From NCBI GenBank assembly GCA_043228905.1, contig JBHGNT010000004.1, positions 9,300,001-9,364,000 of the forward strand: a stretch of DNA of 64,000 nucleotides. The letters run 5' to 3'. Each line of letters begins with the position of its first letter. Position 1 is the first letter of the stretch. The DNA comes from Azolla caroliniana (taxonomy: Eukaryota; Plantae; Polypodiophyta). Shown one piece after another: positions 50,201-60,892 of this stretch. The notes beneath the pieces were generated by a model that was not told where the DNA came from, ran no database searches, and was given only the letters and a program-made list of their open reading frames with translations. The translations under genes were made by a program, and so were the position numbers.

Positions 50201-52621
50201 GCGAAATGGGATACCGACTCTGGGACCCCGAACGCAGACAAATCGTTCGAAGTTCGGACGTTGTGTTCAACGAGTCGGCTATGAATCCATCAGTCGACAA
50301 ACCGATCGAAGTCCGAAGGGTAACATTCTCCGATGTGCCGACCCTTCAAGAAGGCCCCGCTCTCAACACACGGTCAGCTTCACGGGTAGCTGAACCTTAT
50401 ACTACCGACTCAGACAACTCCGACTCGGCACAGCCGAATGTTTCGGTTTCGGACCATCCGACCTCGATACCCGATGCGACCAGTCCAATCATACCTCGAC
50501 GATCCGAGAGACTGTCGCAACCTCTGGAGAGGTATTCTCCTGGAATTTTCTTCACCGACGCCGGCGAACCGACGTCTTACGAAGAAGCATCGACATCTGT
50601 CGATTCGGCCACCTGGCATCTGGCGATGGAGTCGGAAATGCACTCCATCCGGGCAAACAAGACTTGGGATCTGGTCGAATTACCTAGGAACCGACGTGCT
50701 CTTCCTTGCAAGTGGGTTTATCGACTAAAAGAGACGTCTGATTCGACCACCCCAAAGTACAAGGCCAGATTAGTTGCGAAGGGCTTCCGACAAGAATATG
50801 GCGTCGACTTCGACGAGATTTTCTCACCAGTGGTGAAAATGACAACCCTTCGTTTTCTACTCGGCGTAGTGGCAGCCGACAACCTGGAGCTGATTCAGCT
50901 AGATGTCAAAACAGCCTTCCTCCATGGTGATCTTGAAGAGGAAATTTATATGGAGCAGCCAAAAGGCTTCGTGGCGACTGGCCAAGAACATCTAGTCTGC
51001 CGACTCAGGAAGAGTCTATACGGCCTCAAACAGTCACCGCGACAATGGTACAAGAAGTTCGACGACTTCATCCAATCGATCGGCTTCTCAAAAAGCGATG
51101 AGGACCATTGTCTCTTCACCAAACCAACTCAAGATGGATCACCCATCTTCCTCATCATTTACGTGGACAACATGCTAATTTCTGGACGCCACGCGGGCGA
51201 ACTTGCCGATCTCATTCGGCAACTGCGGTTGAAGTTTGCCATGAAGGACCTCGGTCCGGCACGACACATCCTTGGCATGAAGATTAGTCGGCATCGCGAT
51301 AACCGACATCTTTTTTTGTCTCAGGCCGACTATATCGGACGTGTCTTGGAACGCTTCAACATGCAATCAGCCAAATCTGCTTCAACCCCGCTCCCCATGA
51401 ATCTTCGGCTCTCTCAGCGAGACTGCCCGACATCCGGCCCGGAGGGGGAAGATATGAAGTCGGTACCGTATGCACCGGCAGTCGGCTCCCTTATGTACTT
51501 GATGGTCGCGACACGGCCTGATATTTCTCACGCCGTAGGAGTCGTTAGCAGATTTATGCACAATCCTGGCCGATCGCATTGGAACGCAGTCAAGCATGTG
51601 TTCAGATATCTGGCTGGCACAAAAGACCATGGCATTCTTTTCGGTCCGAACCGAACCTCAGGCGTAGTCGGCTACACCGACTCGGACTTCGGCGGCTGTA
51701 TAGACAGTCGGAAATCAACAACCGGATACTGCTTCAAATTCGGCAATGGAGCAATCTCGTGGAAGTCGAAACTTCAGGAGTGCACAGCGACCTCAACGAC
51801 CGAAGCAGAATATGTAGCTGCGTCCGACGTAGCAAAAGAAGCTTTGTGGCTCGGTCGGCTGGCGCACACGTTTCGACAAGTCGACCATGACTCGGCTCCA
51901 GTTGTCTACAGCGACAGTCAAGGTGCTGTTGCCTTGTCGAAAAATCCGGTTCACCACAACGCCTCCAAACATATCGACGTTCGATATCACTTCGTTCGGG
52001 ACTGCGTCATTTCAGGGAAAATCGGTCTAGAGAAAATATCCACAACCGACAATGTCGCAGATGGAATGACCAAGTGTCTTTCGGCAGACCGTTTTCGGTC
52101 TCTTCAGCATCAGATGGGCGTAACGACAAATCAGTCCGGTTAGAGCCGGACACAGAGCAGGATGGTTCCCGACAACCGACATCAGTTCCTTAATGATCGG
52201 CTTCAACTGTTCCGACCCGACCAGTTCGGTCTTCTGCCTTCGGACCCTGCCGACTCGAACAAAGCTGATATGTCCGAGAACCTAAGTCTATACCTGTAAT
52301 CTTAGATAACCCATGTATACGCCCATTACGGGGGAGTGTCGAATACATGTGTATAATGGACGTATTCACACCATCCCGTTTTGGCCATTTATGTAATTAG
52401 CATAAAGGGTAGTTGCCCTAAGTCGGTCACTATATATAGTGACCTTGTAACCTTTTTGTGAGGTTGGGTGTTGTATTATTGCTTTGTGAAATAAAGAGTC
52501 TTTTGTGTGTGTGTCTCTCTCTCTCTCTCTCTGTGCAACGACCTACATTCTGTCATACGCAGGGAATAAACAGGAATCGAGTGCTTCAAGATCTTCCGCA
52601 CTGACGACATTGCTTACAACA
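47254..52621 (+). mobile_element. Copia-3: full-length Ty1/copia, 285-bp LTRs (47254-47538, 52337-52621)
   Basis: TSD TCCGG; PBS tRNA-iMet at 47541; PPT; LTRs differ only in the GT/CT microsatellite by eye. Confidence 0.97.
48130..52143 (+). CDS. Copia-3 gag-pol polyprotein (open ORF, but RT YVDD changed to YVDN and first zinc-knuckle Cys changed to Arg)
   Basis: Uninterrupted ~1337-aa ORF with gag, PR, INT, RT and RH. Confidence 0.9.
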   Translation: MASTSGSSEMSLRKFDGSNFNFWKEQMQDYLIVKGQINPIENEEPPEGYKPIEWQKLDRIVRATIRMHLSESVYFTVQSCTTAFELWKTLSDTYEKKVAATKMFLIRRLYNLRMKESDSVQAHLNEYESISSQISSQGTAIEDELRAMILMSSLPPSWETFVTTVCNASTTAVKYSEVTSAILTEAARRKSFAKDSTDDAYVVQGSTDRSNIRGRDSSRPPNNQRRRSQSRDNRIRNYCKKPGHIKADCRALKNKNNKKSGRHEEINYVSFSADVLPDDPNILSIENPVGSEVLLTTEESSTWLLDSGASFHVTPHRSQFRQYTIRHSDSVRVGNSQHCDIVGIGTVELNLAGGSTLVLHNVRHVPELTRPLISVGQLDEDGIRAGFSSGGWTLHRGNLLLARGPKIHSLYPLHVTLREGNLFLVDIPVSSLWHRRLGHLSKAGITHLSSAGYIPKLSFSDHQFCEHCQYGKQVATSHPTSAPKETRPLDLVHSDVCGPMPNQSLGGASYFVTFIDDSTRKVWAYPIRTKDRVFSIFTDWLAMVENQTDRKLKCLRTDNGGEFKSDEFVKFCRQRGIRREFTAPHSPEQNGIAERMNRTIQERIVSMLQHSRLSDGFWAEALLTAVHIINMSPSRPLGLQIPQELWIGSKPNYDKLRIFGCEAYALIPKDNRRKLAPRSRKCIFLGYGSDGEMGYRLWDPERRQIVRSSDVVFNESAMNPSVDKPIEVRRVTFSDVPTLQEGPALNTRSASRVAEPYTTDSDNSDSAQPNVSVSDHPTSIPDATSPIIPRRSERLSQPLERYSPGIFFTDAGEPTSYEEASTSVDSATWHLAMESEMHSIRANKTWDLVELPRNRRALPCKWVYRLKETSDSTTPKYKARLVAKGFRQEYGVDFDEIFSPVVKMTTLRFLLGVVAADNLELIQLDVKTAFLHGDLEEEIYMEQPKGFVATGQEHLVCRLRKSLYGLKQSPRQWYKKFDDFIQSIGFSKSDEDHCLFTKPTQDGSPIFLIIYVDNMLISGRHAGELADLIRQLRLKFAMKDLGPARHILGMKISRHRDNRHLFLSQADYIGRVLERFNMQSAKSASTPLPMNLRLSQRDCPTSGPEGEDMKSVPYAPAVGSLMYLMVATRPDISHAVGVVSRFMHNPGRSHWNAVKHVFRYLAGTKDHGILFGPNRTSGVVGYTDSDFGGCIDSRKSTTGYCFKFGNGAISWKSKLQECTATSTTEAEYVAASDVAKEALWLGRLAHTFRQVDHDSAPVVYSDSQGAVALSKNPVHHNASKHIDVRYHFVRDCVISGKIGLEKISTTDNVADGMTKCLSADRFRSLQHQMGVTTNQSG

Positions 52622-55600
52622 TCCGGCCCAGGGACTCTCGTGGTATGCCATCAACAATTCTTCCTGTTCCTCTTTCCTCGCCACCACTCGGAGCGGGATG
52701 TCGTTTCTCTTCTTCGGGTGCTTCCATATGCTCCCGTCCCGTAGGAAGAATCGGTACGCTTTCTTCCAAATACGGTTGGTCTCTTCCTTCGTCCACGCCG
52801 TGTCCGGTGTCATTGTCTTCAGGAATCCGCCGATCTGGAGCCACTCCCCGTCGTACTTACTCTCATCGAATTCGTTAAGTGCCAGAGTGCTCCCCTTTCT
52901 TGTTGTTACGTAAGCCGCCTCGAAGAGGTCCACGCCGACTTCCTCGTCCTCCGAAACCATGCCGTCCTCGTCAACGAACCTCGCTCTCGAAAGCATGTCG
53001 GCCATGGCATTATCTTTTCCGGAAATGTCTCGTATTTCCGGATTCAGGGTCTTGATGTACGCGATCCACCTGAGCATCGCCGGGTCTGGAGTCGCGCAGC
53101 CGGAAACCGTACGTAGAATCGGTAGGCAGTCCGTCTCGATGATCACTTCCGTCCTGATCAGATAGTCCTTGTCGGCCTTGACTGCCGAAACGATACCCCA
53201 TAGCTCGTGCTTAATTTGGGCGTACCCTCGCTGCCGCTCGCTCAATACCTTTGTCCCGAACCGGATCGGGAACCGTACGTCGTCCTTGTCTTCCTAATTG
53301 ATCACCCACCCGATCCCGGTCGGGCTCGTGTCCACCGTCACGTAAATCGGAGTGTCTTTGCTGTAGACCGCCTTTCGGAGGGCCGGTGCCGCGGCGAGCG
53401 CCTCTGTCAGTCTCCGGACCAACTCCGTGTGCTCGTCTCTCCTCTCGAATTTACGCCCTTTCTTCAGCAACCCGTAAAGTGGTTCCGCGACATGCCCGTA
53501 GTGCGGAATCTAGATGTGATAGAAAGCACATGCCTCCATAATCCTTCGGACCTCCGTGACCGACCCGCAATCATCCTTCATCGTGGAGATGGCTTCTACC
53601 TTAGCTGGGGATGGCTTCCGGCCGTAAGGCCCGCACAGGTGTCCGATTACGAGGATCTTCGGCTGTCCGAAGGTTGAGTTTTCTCCGGAGAAGGTGAGCC
53701 GCGCGCTCTCGAGTCTTTGTAGCACCTTCTCCCAGTCGCGGATGTGATCCGTCACGAACTTCCGGCAACCGTTGGGCCCCACCGATTCGTCCTTGTCCTC
53801 AAACGGACATCCTTTGATCGGAATGTCATCTAGAAACGGGATGGTGATGTCCGGGTTGCAGTCCCTCAACACCTTGTTCATCGTATTCACCATGTGCGCC
53901 ACTGAGTTCTCCCCCCTTGCGGTAGGGTACACATCCAAACTAGGCCAAGAGGAGTCCGCATCGTCGTGACATCCTTGCTCTCTATGGCTAGTTGGAACTT
54001 ATCGTACCCTGAGTACAGATCCCCAACCGAGTAGATCGACCTCCCTGCGAAGGCCTCCGCAAACTCATCAATGGTCGGTCCGATACCTGCGTTTCGAATG
54101 GTTACCTTGTTGACCGGCTGCAGGTCCTGTATGAAGTGCAGTGTGCCGTTCTTCTTCGGCACGGTAAACCACCGATTCGAATATGGGGCACTCGATGGTT
54201 CGAGGATGCCCATCTCCACCTTCTATTTCAGCAGCTCCATCAACTTCGGGATGTGAACTTTGGGTACCGGAATCGGTTTGAGATTCCACAGCATATGCAG
54301 TATCGTGAAGATCACCATTGGTTCCACAACCGTCGGGTCTATACACCCGATCTCGTCCGGTGAGAATGCAAAAGCCTTCTCGTGCTTCCCGAGCATTCTC
54401 TGAAACTGGTCCTCTTCCACCGGCAGTAGAAAGCCACCCCCACCGATCTTGAGCTCCCGTAGCGTTATGTCAGTGAACGTGTGTCCTATGTTGGCTGGAT
54501 CTTGTAAACATGGGTCTGACGCGACCCCCTTTATCCGTAACTCGCTGCCCTTCGGCAAGGGTGCCGCGACTGGCCTCACCTTCCGGTCCACAGTCTTGTA
54601 CTTCGTTTCCACTTGGGCTGTCCGATCTGACTCGAGTCCATTACCGAAGTCGGCGATGACTTCGTACATCTTTTTCGAGCTTACCGGAATCGTCCGGTCC
54701 TCATTAAGGCCTTCTTCGAACACCTCTCGTAACTTCCCTAAGGTGTTGTCGAAAGAGACCACCTCCACGGCTCCATTGATTTCCTCTTCAAGGCCGAGGA
54801 CTCTACATGCCCGAAGTCGCTCCTCCGCCCACTTCTTTTCTCGGCCAACTACGCCGGCTATCGTACAACCTCCGCTATCGGAGAACCAAAATTTCCTACC
54901 TATGGTACAGGTCTTTTTGCCTATAGTACATCTGTGGGGTTTTTCCGGGGTGTTCAGACTATCGCGGCCCCACGCCCTGATAGCCCTCTCTAAAAATCCC
55001 CTCGGGTTTTGCAACCGAGGGTCTCACGGTTACGCTCATGGTTTGGTCGCACCGTCAAGAATTGGACCGAGTGACGCCCATCCTGGCTCTTGACTCGTGC
55101 ATATGTCGAACCATTGTTCAGCACCTTTGTCTCCACCCGTGCCGCCATGATGTACGGTTCCCCAAGTATAACCGGATGTGAGGACGTCTCCTGTACGAAG
55201 AAGTGCTGATCGATCTCGACATCGCCGATTTTCACCCGTACATTCGGGCAGGCTCCATGCAGCTCTTCCGTGGCACCGTTGCTACCCGTATTTTCCACCC
55301 GTGCTTGGTGTTGATCGGCCACTTCCCGTTCTTGTAGAAGTCCATGGACATCAAGTTGATTTCTGAACCGTGGTCCACCAACGCCACCACTGGATCCTGA
55401 ACATCTCTGATCTTAATGGGGGTCTTCGTGGTTGCTCTGGCCCAATGTGGCCTTGAATAGTGGCTCTCTGCCAACTCGTCTTCTAGAGCCATGTCTTCTA
55501 GGTGCGTCGTTTGCACCTCCATCGGCTTCTCCGGCTCCGGCTCTGGCTCTGTCGAAAGCCTTTTCCCATTCACCAAGTCCACGATGGAGTCGTGGAACTC

Positions 55601-58600
55601 CTTCGCAATTTGGAGCACTTCCCTCAGTGACAGCTCCACTTTGTTGTCGAGGATACCCTCCTCGAGGACCTTACGCAGGTCCGTGGCCCTCTCGATCTCC
55701 GTGCTCAGTCAGTACCCGACCCTCTTGGCTTTATTGGGTGCGCTGGTTGCACCGGCATCATTCTGCTTTAGCCCAAACCGGGTCTCATACCATTGTGAGG
55801 GTCCGGCCCCTCTAGTCTTACCCACACGCTTGTCCTCCACCAGAACCTTGTACTTTTGGCAAGCGGCTTCAACGAAGCCTGTCTTTTCTTCGACCGGGTC
55901 AATCCACCCGGTTGACTCTCGGACCCGTCTTTCGGCATGGTCCACTTCCTCTTTCCTCAGTCGTACGCCGGCGAGGCCTTCTAGCATCAACGGCCAGAAT
56001 CCGGCTTCCTTCGTCTTCCGGACTTAATCGCTTCTTCCATCAGCCGTTTCATACCTCCTCGTCCGACATTCAGATCCAGGGCCCTTCGGGTTTTGCTAGC
56101 GTGCACCCGATCGTTCCATAGGTACACCACGTTAGCCCTTATCGCTTCGGTGAAGTCCCTGTAGTCCTTTCGGGTGTGGCAGACTGCGTTGCATCACAAG
56201 CATCGGTTCCCAGCCGGAGGCCTTCGGTCACGGACTTGTTCGCCGCCGTCCCTCCGTGTTTGTGCAATCTGGAGGTCCCTCACCATCTGAGTCAGCTCCT
56301 CAAGAGCCGCACCTTCGGACGAGCCTTTGACCGTGCTGGTCGAAGTTGAGCCGGTCTCGAGCCAGTCTCAGGTCTCTTCCCTTCGCGCCGGTGGGGTTAC
56401 CTCGACCTTCCTTGTCGCAACAGAACCCGCCCCCATCAAGCCTTTATCGACCCACTCACGCTGTTTGTCAAAACGGCCGCAGACTCTGTTTACCACAGCC
56501 CAATCGGTTGTTAGGCCGTCATCGGTCTCCAGCAGGAAGCCCACTTGCTCCCGGTCCCTTACATCCACCGATTTAACGAATAATAGGACACGACTTGTGT
56601 CCAGTATGATCCGGTCCAGCGCCGAAAGACGCGTGAAGCATTTTTCAAACTCCCGAAGGAGCACCGACGCGTTTCTCCCCTTTTCGGGGGTCTCCACCCA
56701 TTCCATGAAGTCCCGCTTCGATAGTCGAAGCGCGTTATCAAGCCCATATTTTTCAAGGAGCCGACCTTCAAACTCTTCCCAGGTCCGACTCTCGGCCTGT
56801 ACCTCAAGCACCTCCGTGTGGATGCCCGACATCGCGACCCGAGGGAATCCGGCCAATCGCCTGTCCTCCGGGATGTTCCTCATCACCATTTCAGCTCGGT
56901 AAGCCTCCAAATAGCTCGTGGCATCCTTCCCACCGAACCGGCCTATCGTGCCAATGACTGCTTCAATAGCCCTATTGAGGGCGCATGTGTCTTCGCGCAC
57001 ACTCACTATCCGATCCACAGCCAAAGCCATGGCTTTTGCAAGATCCGACCCTCTCATCTTTCTATTCCTCTGCCGCCTGTTCACGTCGGGTTCACCAAAT
57101 ATGTCGCGTTGTTACGCGCGTGCGTGGTGAACGAGGCGGGACCACATGGGCCTTGGACCGAGAAATAACCGAACGAGAAGAGGGGAAGGAAACTACCAAT
57201 ATACTCCGCACGCACACAGACACACAGATTCACAGGAGTTGCAACTAACTCCGAACAATGGAGACAGAATGAATGTATGCGTATATATATATATATATAT
57301 AAAGGGGTTACAACTGGCAAGCCAGAGAGTGATAGGCTCAGACGTCTGCACACACACATACACACACACATAATGCGAGATGGAGACTCTGCCGGAAGCA
57401 CTCGAGCGGAGCAGAGTCAGCCTCCCGAAACCTGCACAGAACGACTATGGAGAAGAGCTCGGTTCCCGTCCGGCAACGCTTCCTCCTCCCCAAAACGCGA
57501 TACCCCCCGCCTTTTTACAATACCTCTTCCTCTTTTATAGCCCAAGGAGGTAGGCCGTTACCACCCGTTACATCATGTTTATTCCCTGTCCTTTCGAATA
57601 GGGATACGCCTCGATTTTCTCCCTAATGAATGCGTGCTACCTAGGATTTCACCTCAGTCGACTTGTACCTATCTATGTACTATACAACAAAACTTGTGCC
57701 CACGTGTAAGGGCCGGTTTACGCACGTTATACCCGGTTTCTGCCTAGGGACGGTTTTCTCCACGACAACGGGAAACGTCCAGTTGCAGGGATCCTACTAC
57801 AACCGGATGATGTCGTTTTCCGGATATTTGGGTCCGTTGCCTCGCTAGAATGGTGTGCGATTACTCATAGGACAATGGAGAAGGAGATGACTCGAGGCCC
57901 CCCAATATAGGCACAATCCATTAGTCCGCTGAAATTGTCGTTCGACATCAGTCAATGGCCAAAAGTGACCTTGATCAATTTCCATTGGGACTGGAGCATC
58001 TGCCAAAGTAGGGGAGCGTGACGCCACCGGTGGGAGGGATACTTGGGGTTGTACGACTAGGGCGTGTCATGGAAGTGAATGAGTCGAACCCCAAGTCTGG
58101 TCCTCTTCTTGGTAAAATTCAAAAAGGCGAGTGTCACAATGGATTTCTTGTGAAATCGCTTGGGATAACGAGGTGGGCTTGGGAAAGTTCAAGAGAAGAT
58201 TCTTGACATTGCTCCGAAGGCCCCGCCGAAAGTGATCAGTTAAAGCTTGATCATCCCAGTTGACATCACATGCTAGTTGTCGAAATTTCGAAGCATAGAC
58301 AGAGGTTGCACGCGAACCTTGTACGAATGCATAAAGCTTGGTGAGTGTTGTACGTCGTCGGTCCGTCTTTCCAAATATGGCCTCTAACTCAGCGAGGAAG
58401 GCGGGAAAGTCCTCCAATAGAGGTGACGAAGTTTCCACTAAAGGTGCAAACCAAGCTTGGGCCAAACCGGAGAGGAGGGTGCCCACAAGTCCAACTTGTT
58501 GAAGACCATGTGCATAATGTTGAGTTTGTAGCTGAATGATTAGGAAAATTTGGTTGATGAACCCCTGGAAACGTGACCTCGTTCCATCAAATTTTTCTAG

Positions 58601-59192
58601 GAGGCTAATCTTAGGCTCAAGAAAATGAGAAGAAGCTAGATCAGATGTTGGTAGAAGACTGGGCTCCATGCCAGGGTGTGGTGGGACATTAGGCTCTATG
58701 GGATGTGAGGATAGGGAGGCACCGACTTGAAGTTCTCGTAACAAATTTCGAAGGGCTTCATTTTCAAGCTGGAGTTGTTGTAAGGCTGTCATTATCTGGC
58801 TTAAGTCACAGGCTGGGTTGGACATGGTTACAGCTAATGAGAAGGAGAGCAACGAGGATGGGAAGGTGAACAAATTGTCATGAGTAGAAGATATACACAA
58901 GAGAGTAGAAGATAATCAAAGGGATGAGTTGATTAATTGAAAGACTTCGTAACTGGTGTTGTTCACCTTGATTGTAATCTAGGTGAACACACATATTTAT
59001 ACAAGTTCTGAGGTTGAATATCTCTCAAATATACCTAAGAAATATCTCTAGAATATACTCGTCTAGAATATACCATAGAACATTTCTAGAATATACTCAA
59101 CACTAGAATATTCTATATGCTAGACTATACAACATTAACCATATACTTTATATATAACTTAAGGGTTTCCAAATGGTTTATCTAATACTAAG

Positions 59193-59461
59193 TATTGAAG
59201 AGAAATGCACAGAATATCGCTCGGCCACAACCGAGTAGTAAATCACTTCTATAAGAATCAAACACAGAAATGGGAAGTGGAGAGTACACAAGAAAATGAC
59301 ATAGGATGTTTATGTGGAAAACCCTAATAGGGAAAAACCACGGGAGCCCACAGACTACGAACTATCACTATGAAGAGAAGGGTTACAATCAGAGACTTGG
59401 AGACAATGACCTCGAGCTCTGTTTCTTCGCACAGTGGAGGTTACAACAGAGTATCGCTCTG

Positions 59462-59495
<34 letters not shown>

Positions 59496-59630
59496 CAACA
59501 GTTACAACAATATGACAACACCACAATCACACAACAAAGTGATTGCCCTAAGTCTTATTTATAGCTATATGAATTTAGGGCTATTTACAAATATAGCCTG
59601 AATGGGCTTATTCAAGACATATTACTAACA
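59193..59630 (-). repeat. Probable LTR remnant of another family
   Basis: TATTGA...CTAACA ends, TATA-like ATTTATAG and a CT microsatellite typical of LTRs here; no TSD confirmed. Confidence 0.35.
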
Positions 59631-60059
59631 ATGTCGGTTAGTAACTGGTTAAGACCCATTTGATACCACGATCCATCCATATCTCACCGTATCACCCTTT
59701 GGTGAAGTGTTCCATAGGGACACCCTGTGTTAGGACTTGTCCAGCCTAAAAGATAATAGGTAACAAATGGCACACATGTGGGACAGTGCATTGCATAGTG
59801 AACCCACTCTTCATGGCAACTCTGCTTGACCGGAACTCCATCGGTCGTCTCAATGGTCAGAAATCTCTCGACCGGATCACTGCTCTACGATCGATAACTT
59901 CGATCGGAGCTTTGCTTGACTCGAACCTTCTCATTCGGTCAGCACAAGTCACAATTGGATCATACACCAATCGGCTAGTTCACTATGGCATCGGTCGTGA
60001 AATCGTGTTGTGCATTTGTGTATTCTTTCTTTCATCATGTGGAGTGAGTTTTATATTTT

Positions 60060-60285
60060 TCACTCTTTGGTCTTTCAAATTTTTCCCTCAAGTTTTTATT
60101 GTTTATTTTATGCCCTTGAAGTTTCAAAATTTTCCCTTCTACCCTCCAGTTTTTGAAATTTGGTCTCATGCCCTCCAGCTTTTGAAATTCCGTCATCTGC
60201 CCTCAATCTTCTGAAATTCGGTTTTGATGCCCTCCAATTTTTGACATTTTGCGATCTACCCTCGGGCGTTTTGAATGCCCCTGTC
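60060..60285. repeat. Degenerate ~30-bp tandem motif (TRCCCTC...TTTTGAAATT, about 6-7 copies), possible DNA-transposon terminal repeat
   Basis: Direct reading of the repeated motif. Confidence 0.45.
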
Positions 60286-60892
60286 TTCTTGCTTCCATTT
60301 ATATTCTTGCCTCTCACTTCTAGCGGATTGCGGCGGCAGCAGCAACATTGATTGTGGCGCTGATCTCAAGGACCAGTTTGCTGAAGATGTTGTAATTGTC
60401 TCTGCCATTGATGCTAGGAGTAGAGCTCCCGAGAATGGATGCAATTATTGCTGGAGCTAATTGTAGTGGTGATGATGGAGTTGTTGCTCATGATTGCTCT
60501 GCTAATATCCGTTGATGAGCATAATGTGCTCTTCTTTCTGTATTGAGGTGTAGATGCCTCATATGATTTAGTATGACGGCTTGGTTTTGATGATGATGAA
60601 CACCAACACTATTAGGATAGCCATGAAATGGCACAGAACAGGTGGCCATATATGTGTGAACTTCCTTTGCTACCATTTCCTTCATTGCCGCCATTAAACC
60701 TTCATTCAGACTATATCTATTGCAATTAGATGCACAAAGAAGACCGTCATCATCGTTGTTCTTCTAATTTTCATCATTGTTTAGTAAGAAGAACAACATT
60801 GGGTGCGTAATACGGTGCATAACCCAGTGCGTAGACTGGGTGCATGAAACATTATGCATAACGTAGCCGTAGCGGTGCGTAAACCGCGAGGC

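Larger units (their letters stand above)
45480..57767 (-). mobile_element. Element G: autonomous-type non-chromovirus Ty3/gypsy, tRNA-Trp primed (Phygy/Selgy-like, tentative), decayed; LTRs 45480-46093 and 57102-57767
   Basis: TSD ACGG; PBS 57080-57097; gag from 57057, protease LVDHGSEIN, RT (FLDD), RNase H, integrase (NGKVERGH) split by copia-3. Confidence 0.9.
43963..59190 (-). mobile_element. Element H: decayed chromovirus (5' LTR from 58876, gag ~58824-57800, PR-RT 45479-43963), split by G and truncated by copia-2
   Basis: gag EPKISLLEKFDGTRSRF...WDDQAL; [19 protein letters not shown]; sequence joins across the G TSD. Confidence 0.82.
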
